A stretch of DNA of 20,000 nucleotides, from the sequence record SRR20825010_4291. One strand, given 5' to 3'. Of the stretch, positions 6,842-15,569 are shown piece after piece. Positions within the stretch are counted from its first letter, which is position 1, and each line of letters opens with the position of its first letter. Below the pieces are notes generated by a model. That model was not told where the DNA came from and did not search any database. It saw only the letters and a list, made by a program, of their open reading frames with translations. Both the position numbers and the translations under genes were made by a program.

Positions 6842-8056
6842 ATGCATAGGAAAAGGTACATTTTCGGAATACTGTTGGCCATTGCTGTTATTGCCGTAAA
6901 CCAAAGTTTCATTCAATACTGGTTACATAAAAAGAACCAAGATGCTCGAGTCCTCAACCTTTCTGGTCGTCAACGGATGCTGAGCCAAAAAATCAATATC
7001 GAATTTCATCAATTTAAAGAAGGACAAAGCACCCTTGATTATGTGAAAAAACATAATAGAGAGTGGAATCAAGTTCATTTTGCATTGTTAAATGGTGATG
7101 ACGCGGTCGGAATAGATGCGGTAGACGATGAGATGGCCAGAAACCTTTTAGCCGAGCTCAATGAGAATGTAGAGTACATTTCAAACCTACTTGAAAAAGC
7201 TTCTTACCCCAACGATATAGACATTAATGCCATCGATAAAAACCAAGAATTATTCCTCAATAGAATGGATTTGGTAGTAAAGAACCTAGAGCTATCTTCT
7301 GATAAAAAACTTAGGTTTATTGTACTTGTGGAAATCATTCTGGCAGTTTTGTCCATCATTATTCTTTCCCTCGAAGTCATCTACATTTATCTCCCTATTG
7401 AAAAGCACTTATCCAAAACAGTAGAGCGTCTCTCCTCTTCGGAAAATAAACTGAGGGCGATTATGAACAGTACAAACGACAGCCACATCCTTATTGGCAC
7501 CGACTTCCAGATTCTCTCATTTAACAAAAAAGCCCAAGAGAATAGCGAATTACTCCTCCATAAAAAGTTAAAAGAAGGTAATAAAATTTGGGAATATCTG
7601 ATTGACATAGAAAAGGAGGTATTTAAAAAAAATGCAGATATAGCTCTTTCAGGCCAAAGCGCATTTCATCAAATAGAAACGAATTTTAACAAAAGCACTC
7701 AGTGGTTTGAAATCAGTTATTTACCTGCCTACGGAAAAAACGATGAGCTTATTGGCGTTACATTTAGTTCTACCAATATTGATAGACGCAAAGAAACAGA
7801 GCAGGAAATCAAAACACAAAATGAACGTTTAGCCGAACAGAACAGAAAGCTAAAACAGATTGCATGGGAGCAATCGCACGAAACTAGGCGGCCATTGGCC
7901 AATATTTTAATTTTTCTCGATTTATTAAAGTCCGACAAAGAAGCTGACCAAGAAAGAAAGGAGGAGTACCTAGCATATCTCTCACAATCGGTACATCAAT
8001 TAGATGAAATTGTAGAAAGAATCACCAGTAACACAGTCGACAAGAAGGGAAATTAG
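6842..8056 (+). CDS. Membrane sensor: NarX/PilJ-type periplasmic domain + PAS + HisKA-like, no HATPase domain
   Basis: Two TM helices; P-box-like LNLSGRQRMLSQK; PAS (AIMNST...FNKKA...DRRKETE); H-box QSHETRRPLANIL; protein ends about 55 aa after the His. Confidence 0.8.
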   Translation: MHRKRYIFGILLAIAVIAVNQSFIQYWLHKKNQDARVLNLSGRQRMLSQKINIEFHQFKEGQSTLDYVKKHNREWNQVHFALLNGDDAVGIDAVDDEMARNLLAELNENVEYISNLLEKASYPNDIDINAIDKNQELFLNRMDLVVKNLELSSDKKLRFIVLVEIILAVLSIIILSLEVIYIYLPIEKHLSKTVERLSSSENKLRAIMNSTNDSHILIGTDFQILSFNKKAQENSELLLHKKLKEGNKIWEYLIDIEKEVFKKNADIALSGQSAFHQIETNFNKSTQWFEISYLPAYGKNDELIGVTFSSTNIDRRKETEQEIKTQNERLAEQNRKLKQIAWEQSHETRRPLANILIFLDLLKSDKEADQERKEEYLAYLSQSVHQLDEIVERITSNTVDKKGN

Positions 8057-8170
8057 CTACCCTCTGTTTTTATCAGTAATCATATTCTATTAATTTACTA
8101 TATCGAATATGTATTTCCTCTTGGTTTTACTTCAACACTCTTTTCACTAGATTCAACCAAATTTGACACT

Positions 8171-9766
8171 ATGAAGAAGCACCTTTTTTTATTCGCCTTT
8201 ATACTTTCCACCAATCTTCTTATCGCCCAAAAACACCAAGAAAGGTTCAATGCAATTGATGTTCAGCATTACAGGTTTGAAATTCAATTGACGGATGAAT
8301 CTGACAAAATCAACGGAATTGCTTTGGTGACTGTGAAATTCAAAAAAGATGTTCAGCAGTTCAATTTAGACCTCGTTAAGGCTAAAGCCAATAGCAAGGG
8401 GATGACCATGATTGCTTTAATGGCCGGTGACAAAAAAATATCCTTTGAGCATTCTGAGAATAAATTAAACATCAATTATGCAGGTAAGGCTGGGCAAAGC
8501 CAAACTTTTACAATTGCCTATGAAGGAATCCCAGAAACTGGCCTTATCATTTCCAAAAACAAATATGGCGACCGCACTTTCTTCGGAGATAATTACCCCG
8601 ACCGTGGTCAGCATTGGTTGCCCATTGTGGATCACCCTTCTGACAAAGCCACTGTGGAATGGGTTGTTACCGCCCCAAGTCATTATCAGGTAGTGGGCAA
8701 TGGCCTTTTGATAGAGCGCACCAACATTAATGATAAAACGATGCTCACACACTGGAAAACAGAGGTCGAACTTCCGACCAAAGTAATGGTGATTGGTGTG
8801 GCACGTTTTGCGATTCAGAACGTAGCCAATGTTTATGGCGCTACCGTATCTAGTTGGATTTATCCTCAAGACAGAGAAAAAGGCTTTTACGATTATGCTC
8901 CAGCAGCCCCAATTTTAGATTGGTTTATTAACCATATAGGCGATTACCCTTTTGCCAAATTGGCCAATGTTCAGTCTAAAACTCAGTTTGGAGGCATGGA
9001 GAATGCGGGTAATATTTTCTATTCTGAAAACTCGGTTACGGGCACTCGTAATGTAGAAGGCTTGCTTGCACATGAAATTGCACACCAGTGGTTTGGCAAT
9101 TCGGCCTCCGAAGGCAACTGGCACCACGCTTGGCTAAGCGAAGGCTTTGCCACCTATTTCACCATTCTCTACATGGAACAAAAATATGGTAGAGCCAAAG
9201 CTTGGGAAACCGTTTCAGGAAACAGAAATCAGGTAATTGCCTTCAGCAAAAAGAACCGTGTACCCATTGTAGACACTTCTGTAGAAAACTACATGGAGAT
9301 TCTTAATGCCAATACTTACCAAAAAGGTGGTTGGGTGTTGCATATGCTTAGAAAAGAAGTAGGAGACGAAGTATTCTGGGAAGCAACTCGCAAATACTAC
9401 AACAAATACAAGCTCTCCAATGCCCTATCAGATGACTTGAAAGAGGTGTTTGAATCTATTTCTGGAAAAAATCTCGATGCTTTCTTCAACCAATGGGTGT
9501 ATCAGGCTGGCCAACCAGAAATAGAAGCCACATGGAGTTACTCTAAAGGCCAATTGAATATGGAACTCAACCAAACCCAGAAAGAGAACTTTACTTTCGA
9601 TTTAGAAATTGAATTGGTTTATGCAGACGGAAAAACGGAACGAAAGACCATTCTCGTCAACTCAAAAAATCAAAAGTGGATGCCCAAGCTAAACAACAAG
9701 CCTGTTAAGATAATTCTTGACCCTGACACTTGGTTATTATTTGAATCGACACTCATAGAAAAATAG
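8171..9766 (+). CDS. M1 family zinc aminopeptidase, secreted
   Basis: Signal peptide; GGMEN; HEIAHQWFG-x-WLSEGFA (HExxH-x18-E); YQKGGWVLHMLR. Confidence 0.95.
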   Translation: MKKHLFLFAFILSTNLLIAQKHQERFNAIDVQHYRFEIQLTDESDKINGIALVTVKFKKDVQQFNLDLVKAKANSKGMTMIALMAGDKKISFEHSENKLNINYAGKAGQSQTFTIAYEGIPETGLIISKNKYGDRTFFGDNYPDRGQHWLPIVDHPSDKATVEWVVTAPSHYQVVGNGLLIERTNINDKTMLTHWKTEVELPTKVMVIGVARFAIQNVANVYGATVSSWIYPQDREKGFYDYAPAAPILDWFINHIGDYPFAKLANVQSKTQFGGMENAGNIFYSENSVTGTRNVEGLLAHEIAHQWFGNSASEGNWHHAWLSEGFATYFTILYMEQKYGRAKAWETVSGNRNQVIAFSKKNRVPIVDTSVENYMEILNANTYQKGGWVLHMLRKEVGDEVFWEATRKYYNKYKLSNALSDDLKEVFESISGKNLDAFFNQWVYQAGQPEIEATWSYSKGQLNMELNQTQKENFTFDLEIELVYADGKTERKTILVNSKNQKWMPKLNNKPVKIILDPDTWLLFESTLIEK

Positions 9767-9805
9767 GACTTCATGAGCTGTAAAAGCGCTATTCAGTAAA
9801 ACCCT

Positions 9806-9813
9806 TATCTTTG
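9806..9813 (+). promoter_or_regulatory. -7 promoter element TATCTTTG for the PhnA-domain gene
   Basis: Exact TAnnTTTG, intergenic, 18 nt before the ATG. Confidence 0.6.
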
Positions 9814-9831
9814 CAGCTTATTCAATAAAAA

Positions 9832-10041
9832 ATGGAAACGAAAGACAGCAACGGCAACATTCTTGAAGACGGTGATTCAGTTCACGTAACCAAAGATTTA
9901 AAAGTAAAGGGGATGAACACTACCTTGAAGAGAGGTAATTTAATCAAAGGCATTCGACTAACAGGCAGTCCTGATGAAGTGGAATGCCGAGTGGGCAAGA
10001 GCCAAATTGTTTTAAAAACAATGTTTTTGAAGAAGGCTTAA
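9832..10041 (+). CDS. PhnA/YjdM C-terminal domain protein (no Zn ribbon)
   Basis: KDSNGNILEDGDSV..KDLKVKG...LKRG..IKGIRL...LKTMFLKKA. Confidence 0.88.
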   Translation: METKDSNGNILEDGDSVHVTKDLKVKGMNTTLKRGNLIKGIRLTGSPDEVECRVGKSQIVLKTMFLKKA

Positions 10042-10050
10042 CTCTAATTT

Positions 10051-10503
10051 TTAGAATACATCAAGGAGATTGATTTGCTTTCCACCGAAATCAAATGAAT
10101 CTCCTTTCTTTTTACCCAACATGGCCCTGCCTATTGGTGAAGCTGGAGAAATAGCAAAATAGACTTCCCCTTCCTCCTTAATTTGCCCCAAAGAAACAGA
10201 AAGAAAATATTTGGCATTTGCTGTAATGGCCAAAGCGCCAAGTTCTATTTGTTCATTCTTCTTTTCAATATTGATTTGAGCCAAAGCCATTTTCATTTTA
10301 GACACTTCCGAAAGCTGGGTGGATAGTTTTTCCTTCTCCAAGTGCATCATCGCACGGCCCGTTTCATACTTATCGCCAGCACTACTTTTTGTTTCTTCAT
10401 TGGCAGAAGCCTGTGCATTCCGCATGGCTTCTTCGATATGAGTCACTCGCTCGTCAACGAGTTTCAAACATGATTCATAAAGTTTGGTTTTGGATTCCAA
10501 CAT
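10051..10503 (-). CDS. GreA/GreB-like protein (Bacteroidota type)
   Basis: Coiled coil with ETKSSAGDKYETGRAM tip; C-terminal ISPASPIGRAMLGKKKGD typical of GreA_GreB. Confidence 0.8.
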   Translation of the reverse strand: MLESKTKLYESCLKLVDERVTHIEEAMRNAQASANEETKSSAGDKYETGRAMMHLEKEKLSTQLSEVSKMKMALAQINIEKKNEQIELGALAITANAKYFLSVSLGQIKEEGEVYFAISPASPIGRAMLGKKKGDSFDFGGKQINLLDVF

Positions 10504-10637
10504 TTACGCAAGGTGGTTCAAGAAAATTTCGGTTACAAATCAGAGCGGTTAAATTCTTTATTCAAAAATCTCTATTCTGTTTGTCATGAGAAAATTTGAA
10601 AAGTATTCTTAACTTTCTATATAAAACCCAGATTCAC

Positions 10638-11057
10638 ATGCTTTTTGAACTAATCTATCATAGCAAAGCTGTGCTCAATATTGAGGACTATGAGATTGAA
10701 AGTATCCTCAAAACCTCTCGTGAGTTTAATGCAAAGCATCATATCACAGGTTGTTTACTTTTTCATAATAATCAATTTTTACAAATTCTTGAGGGAGATT
10801 TTGACAAAGTGAATGCATTATACAAAAGCATTCGTGCAGACCAGAGGCATCACAGCGTCATTACTCTCCACATGCAGGAAATCAAAACGTTGTCCTACCG
10901 AAATTGGAGTATGGCTTATCAGAAATTCACCAACGACTCAATAAACAGCACATTGGGGATTAATGAGTTTCATGACATACTTGAAAAAAACGACTTTAGT
11001 AGCACCTCGAAAGACATCTTTACTTTTATGAGCAAGGTTATTTTAGAGTCGAATTAA
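10638..11057 (+). CDS. Short BLUF blue-light photoreceptor protein
   Basis: LIYHS (Tyr), IL..SR..N...ITGCLL, FLQILEG (Gln), I..D.RH, WSM. ATG at 10638 preferred over TTG at 10596 because the domain starts there. Confidence 0.92.
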   Translation: MLFELIYHSKAVLNIEDYEIESILKTSREFNAKHHITGCLLFHNNQFLQILEGDFDKVNALYKSIRADQRHHSVITLHMQEIKTLSYRNWSMAYQKFTNDSINSTLGINEFHDILEKNDFSSTSKDIFTFMSKVILESN

Positions 11058-12280
11058 AACCGAGCCGCTAACAACAGACTTAAATCCTTAAAAGGAAGGT
11101 TGAACCTTCTGGCAATTCCTAAATTAGTAGTGCTGCCTTTATACGCGTAAACCCCTTTGTTAAACCATCCATATTGGTACATCATATCATCAACTCCACC
11201 TACTTCAGCAATTTTCAATAGTACGGGGGTCAGAATATTACTCAATGCTGTGGTTGCAGAACGCGCTGCTCGTGAAGCGATGTTTGGAACGCAATAATGA
11301 ATCACCTCATATTTTGTAAATGTAGGTTTATCATGGCTTGTGCATTCAGAGGTTTCAATGCAGCCACCTTGATCAATAGACACATCGATGATTACAGCAC
11401 CAGACTTCATTTGAGCTACCATTTCTTCTGTCACTACACAACGAGCTCTACCTTTCTCTGCACGTAGGGCTCCAATTACAACATCGGCCGATTTTAAAGA
11501 TTGCGCTAATGTTGCCGAATCGATGGTAGAGGTAAATACTTGGCTTCCAAGTTTATGCTTTATTCTTCGAAGCTTATAGAGTTCATTATCAAAAATGCGA
11601 ACTTCAGCACCTAAACCCAGGGCCGCTCGGGCCGAATATTCGCCCACGGTGCCCGCTCCTAGAATAATAACCCTGCTAGGCGGAACACCAGTAATTCCTC
11701 CCAAAACAACTCCTTTACCTCCGCTTACAGTGCTCATCAATTCAGAAGCGATAGGAATAGCCATACTGCCCGCCAATTCACTCATGGCATTCACAATTGG
11801 AAGTCCGCCTACTTTGTCTTCCAGCATTTCATAACCAATGGCTGTAATTTTCTTTCTGTTCAGCGCTTCAAAATATTCAGCAGAAGAGCTCCCCAATTGC
11901 AAGGCAGAAAAAATAGTTACCCCTGGTTTCATCAAGGCAATTTCCTTTAATGTAGGTGGCTCAACTTTTACAATAATATTAGCTTCAAAGGCCTCTTTGT
12001 TAGAGTATACTATTTTGGAGCCTTGTTCGCTAAAATCATTATCTAAAAAAAAGGTCTTTTTTCCAGCGCCCTGTTCTACCAAAACTTCTTGGCCATTATT
12101 CACTAGAATACCGGTTGCCGCTGGTGTAAGTGCAATTCGGCTTTCCTGATAAGATACTTCGCTGGGAATAGAAATATTAAGTGACTTACTTCCAGACTTC
12201 ACTTTCATCAACTTTTCTTGGGGATAAAGACTACTCTCTTTGGCCAGTTCAGCAAACCCCGATTTCTTACCCTCAGTCAT
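11054..12280 (-). CDS. ald: Alanine dehydrogenase-family protein (non-canonical active site)
   Basis: ESRIALTP, MSELAG, GVVLGGITGV, Rossmann GAGTVG, DVSIDQGGCIETS, HYCVPNI. Confidence 0.85.
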   Translation of the reverse strand: MTEGKKSGFAELAKESSLYPQEKLMKVKSGSKSLNISIPSEVSYQESRIALTPAATGILVNNGQEVLVEQGAGKKTFFLDNDFSEQGSKIVYSNKEAFEANIIVKVEPPTLKEIALMKPGVTIFSALQLGSSSAEYFEALNRKKITAIGYEMLEDKVGGLPIVNAMSELAGSMAIPIASELMSTVSGGKGVVLGGITGVPPSRVIILGAGTVGEYSARAALGLGAEVRIFDNELYKLRRIKHKLGSQVFTSTIDSATLAQSLKSADVVIGALRAEKGRARCVVTEEMVAQMKSGAVIIDVSIDQGGCIETSECTSHDKPTFTKYEVIHYCVPNIASRAARSATTALSNILTPVLLKIAEVGGVDDMMYQYGWFNKGVYAYKGSTTNLGIARRFNLPFKDLSLLLAARF

Positions 12281-12707
12281 GTTTTGTTAGTTTAATTACT
12301 CTCGAATTATCGTCTAGTACCTCAATAAATATCTTCATATATTCATCAGGGATCAATTCACTAATTTTTTCAGGCCATTCAATCAAACACAAATTGCCGG
12401 AATCGAAGTATTCTTCAATACCGATATTGGCCAATTCTTCAATATCTTCAATTCTATAAAAGTCGAAATGGTAAATGGCTCTTCCCTTATCGGTCAAATA
12501 CTCATTCACCAATGAAAAAGTTGGGCTCTGAACCAAATCCACCACACCTAAGTCGCTACAAATCGCCTTTGAAAGCGTGGTTTTACCAGCTGCCATTTGC
12601 CCCATAAGTAGCCAAATATTATGCTCCCTACCAAAGGTGATTATTTGTTGGGCGACATTTTTCAAGTCGTTTAGCCCTTTTGATTCCAAGCGCAATTCAG
12701 TGGTCAT
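12273..12707 (-). CDS. tsaE: tRNA t6A biosynthesis ATPase TsaE
   Basis: GQMAAGKTT, VQSPTFSLVNEY, HFDFYRI, LIEWPE. Confidence 0.96.
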   Translation of the reverse strand: MTTELRLESKGLNDLKNVAQQIITFGREHNIWLLMGQMAAGKTTLSKAICSDLGVVDLVQSPTFSLVNEYLTDKGRAIYHFDFYRIEDIEELANIGIEEYFDSGNLCLIEWPEKISELIPDEYMKIFIEVLDDNSRVIKLTKHD

Positions 12708-14272
12708 TATGCCCTTTTCGAATTTAGCGAAATAAAAGGAATTATCATTTCATCCATGGAAATACCACCATGCTGAAATGTGTCCTTATAGTACTTCACG
12801 TAATGGTTATAGTTATTCGGGTAAGCGAAAAATAGGTCTTCAGTAGCAAAAGCATAGGAAGTAGAAACATTCGGACGCGGTAAGTGTATTTTTACCGGAT
12901 CACGTACCGTATATATAGCCTGATGATCCTTGTAGCCCAAATTCTTACCGTGCTTATACCTTAAATTAGTGTTCACTGTTTTATCACCCGCAATTTTAAA
13001 GGCCTTTTTCACACGATATGTACCGTGGTCGGTAGTAATCATTACCCTCAAGCCTTTGTCGCTGATCATTTTTAGGAGATCGAACAAGGGCGAATGAAGA
13101 AACCATGATTTAGTTAATGAGCGATAGGCCGATTCGTCTGCCGCCAATTCACGAATCATTCGCATATCCGTTCGGGCATGAGAGAGCATATCTACAAAAT
13201 TGTAGACCACCACATTCAAATCATTTTGAAGCAGGTTATTGAATTGATCGTTCAACTGTTTCCCTTGGGAAGAGTGAATAATTTTATTGTAACTCGTTTT
13301 AATATTGAGCCTTAACCTTTGAATCTGTCGCTTTAAGAACTCTTCCTCATTGTTGTTCTTTCCTTCGTCATCATCATCATTATCGCTAACCCATATATCG
13401 CTCTCTCTTTTCGACATTTCCAAAGGCATTTGCCCAGAAAAAATAGAATTTCTCGCATAAGCGGTAGTCGTTGGTAAAATGGAATAATAAGCAGACTCTT
13501 CTAGAATGTTAAAGTAGTCTGTCAACTCACCTTCAATGGTTTTCCATTGGTCGTAACGCAGGTTATCGATCACAATCAGAAACAAAGGCTTATCCTTTAC
13601 TTCCGGAAAAACCTTCGCCTTAAGCAAATTATTGGAAAGCAGTGGGCGATCGATATTGGGGTCATTCAACCAATCTTCGTAATTGTCGATCACAAACTGA
13701 GCAAAGTTACTATTGGCTTCAATCTTCTGCATGTCCAAAATTTCGCCCATGCTTTTGTTCTCGGTTTTATCAATTTCCAATTCCCAATACACCAGCTTTT
13801 TATGGATTTCCACCCACTCTTTATGATCCATATATTCGTTATAGGCCATACTGATGTTTCGAAACTCTTGCTGATATTCAATATTCGTGCGCTCTGTCAC
13901 CAACCTTTTATTATCAAGAATCTTCTTCACAGAAAGTAAAATCTGACTTGGGTTCAGCGGTTTGATCAGGTAATCCGCAATATGAGATCCAATCGCTTCT
14001 TCCATAATACTCTCTTCTTCGCTTTTGGTAATCATTACCACTGGCAAAGAAGGGCGCTTACTTTTGATGTATTTAAGGGTTTCAAGGCCCGTCATACCTG
14101 GCATATTCTCATCTAAAAAAACCACATCAAACTGCTGATTTTCAACCGCATCAATGGCATCGGCACCACTCGCGACTGGAGTGATGTCGTAACCTCTATC
14201 GGTAAGGAACAAGATGTGTGGTTTAAGCAGGTCTATCTCATCATCTGCCCATAAAATATTATATCTTTGCAT
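12707..14272 (-). CDS. porX: PorX-type response regulator (receiver + PglZ/alkaline phosphatase domain)
   Basis: ILWADDEIDLLKPH, FLDENMPG, ITKSEEE; PglZ motifs IDNLRYDQW, SILPTTTAYARN, NFVDMLSH, TTDHG, FQHGGISM. Confidence 0.94.
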   Translation of the reverse strand: MQRYNILWADDEIDLLKPHILFLTDRGYDITPVASGADAIDAVENQQFDVVFLDENMPGMTGLETLKYIKSKRPSLPVVMITKSEEESIMEEAIGSHIADYLIKPLNPSQILLSVKKILDNKRLVTERTNIEYQQEFRNISMAYNEYMDHKEWVEIHKKLVYWELEIDKTENKSMGEILDMQKIEANSNFAQFVIDNYEDWLNDPNIDRPLLSNNLLKAKVFPEVKDKPLFLIVIDNLRYDQWKTIEGELTDYFNILEESAYYSILPTTTAYARNSIFSGQMPLEMSKRESDIWVSDNDDDDEGKNNNEEEFLKRQIQRLRLNIKTSYNKIIHSSQGKQLNDQFNNLLQNDLNVVVYNFVDMLSHARTDMRMIRELAADESAYRSLTKSWFLHSPLFDLLKMISDKGLRVMITTDHGTYRVKKAFKIAGDKTVNTNLRYKHGKNLGYKDHQAIYTVRDPVKIHLPRPNVSTSYAFATEDLFFAYPNNYNHYVKYYKDTFQHGGISMDEMIIPFISLNSKRA

Positions 14273-14322
14273 AGCTTCGCTTTAGCAACAAGCCCGAATT
14301 TAAAGGAATTAACGCACAAACA

Positions 14323-15552
14323 TTGAACAAAAAAAAGATAATCAATGATCCGGTTTACGGATTTATCACAATCAGAAGCGAACTGATTTTCGACATCATC
14401 GATCACCCCTATTTTCAGCGGCTTAGACGAGTCAAACAATTGGGCCTAACAGACCTGATTTACCCAGGTGCCCATCATACCCGATTTCATCATGCCTTAG
14501 GTGCTAAACACCTGATGGGCGCCACTTTAGAAAACCTTAGAAACAAAGGAGTCGAAATTTCTGATGAAGAATTTGAAGGCGCACTAATTGCCATTCTGCT
14601 GCACGACATTGGCCATGGCCCTTTTTCTCATGCCTTAGAATTTAGTTTATTAGAAGGGGTGCCTCATGAGCAAATTTCTAGAATGATCATATCTAAATTG
14701 AATAACGAATTCAATGGTCAGTTAGATCTCGCGCTTGAAATCTTCAATAACACCTACTCCAAGAAATTTCTTTCCGAATTGGTTTCTAGTCAACTGGACA
14801 TCGACAGGCTTGATTACCTTAAAAGAGACAGCTTCTTTACGGGTGTTTCTGAAGGAACCATTGGAGCCGACAGAATCATCAAGATGCTTGATGTACATGA
14901 AGGCAGATTGGTAGTTGAAGAAAAAGGCATTTACAGTATAGAGAACTTCTTGAGCGCTAGAAGGTTAATGTACTGGCAGGTTTATTTGCACAAGACCAGC
15001 GTGAGTGCAGAAAAAATGCTCATTGCTATCATTAAGCGAGCAAGAAAACTGGCAAAAAAGGAGAAGCAACTCTTCTACACACCAGCCCTAGGCATTTTTC
15101 TAAAAGAACAAGTTGGGATTGACCGTTTTGCCAACGAACCAGCCATTTTGGAAGCTTTTCTGCAACTGGACGATTATGATGTTTGGGGAGCAATTAAAGT
15201 ATGGGTGCATCATGAAGATCCTATTCTCTCAAAATTATGTAGGATGCTGCTCGATAGAAACCTTTTTCGGATTGTCATTTCGAATGACCCTCCTTCTAAA
15301 GAAGAAATTAAGGCAGACGAATCTAAAATTGCTGCGGCTTACCAGCTAGACACCAAAGATGTCAAGTATTATTTCTCTCATGGTCAATTGTCGAACAGCG
15401 CCTATATGGCCTCCGACAAAGAAATCCTTATTCTTTCCAAGTCAGGTCAAGTACGAGGAGTAACCGAAGCAGCTGATTTACCGAACATCAAAGCCATGAG
15501 TAAAATCGTACGTAAATATTATCGATGCTGGCCAAAAGACATATCTTTGTGA
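14323..15552 (+). CDS. HD-domain phosphohydrolase (YwfO/SAMHD1-like dNTPase family), TTG start
   Basis: INDPVYG, FQRLRRVKQLG, HTRFHHALG, LLHDIGHGPFSH, LDIDRLDYLKRD, MYWQVYLHK. Confidence 0.93.
   Translation: MNKKKIINDPVYGFITIRSELIFDIIDHPYFQRLRRVKQLGLTDLIYPGAHHTRFHHALGAKHLMGATLENLRNKGVEISDEEFEGALIAILLHDIGHGPFSHALEFSLLEGVPHEQISRMIISKLNNEFNGQLDLALEIFNNTYSKKFLSELVSSQLDIDRLDYLKRDSFFTGVSEGTIGADRIIKMLDVHEGRLVVEEKGIYSIENFLSARRLMYWQVYLHKTSVSAEKMLIAIIKRARKLAKKEKQLFYTPALGIFLKEQVGIDRFANEPAILEAFLQLDDYDVWGAIKVWVHHEDPILSKLCRMLLDRNLFRIVISNDPPSKEEIKADESKIAAAYQLDTKDVKYYFSHGQLSNSAYMASDKEILILSKSGQVRGVTEAADLPNIKAMSKIVRKYYRCWPKDISL
15542..15549 (+). promoter_or_regulatory. Putative internal -7 element TATCTTTG for lpxD, within the last codons of the HD gene
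   Basis: Exact TAnnTTTG 20 nt before the lpxD ATG. Confidence 0.5.
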
Positions 15553-15569
15553 CACTCAAAATTTTATGA

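Noticed and set aside
9832-10041. PhnA as evidence of phosphonate metabolism or as a pseudogene
   Set aside because: The name is historical and no phn operon is present; the single-domain ORF has its own promoter and start context.
12707-14272. PglZ domain as a sign of a BREX defence system
   Set aside because: It is fused to a receiver domain in the porX-tsaE context, with no brxC, pglX or brxL.
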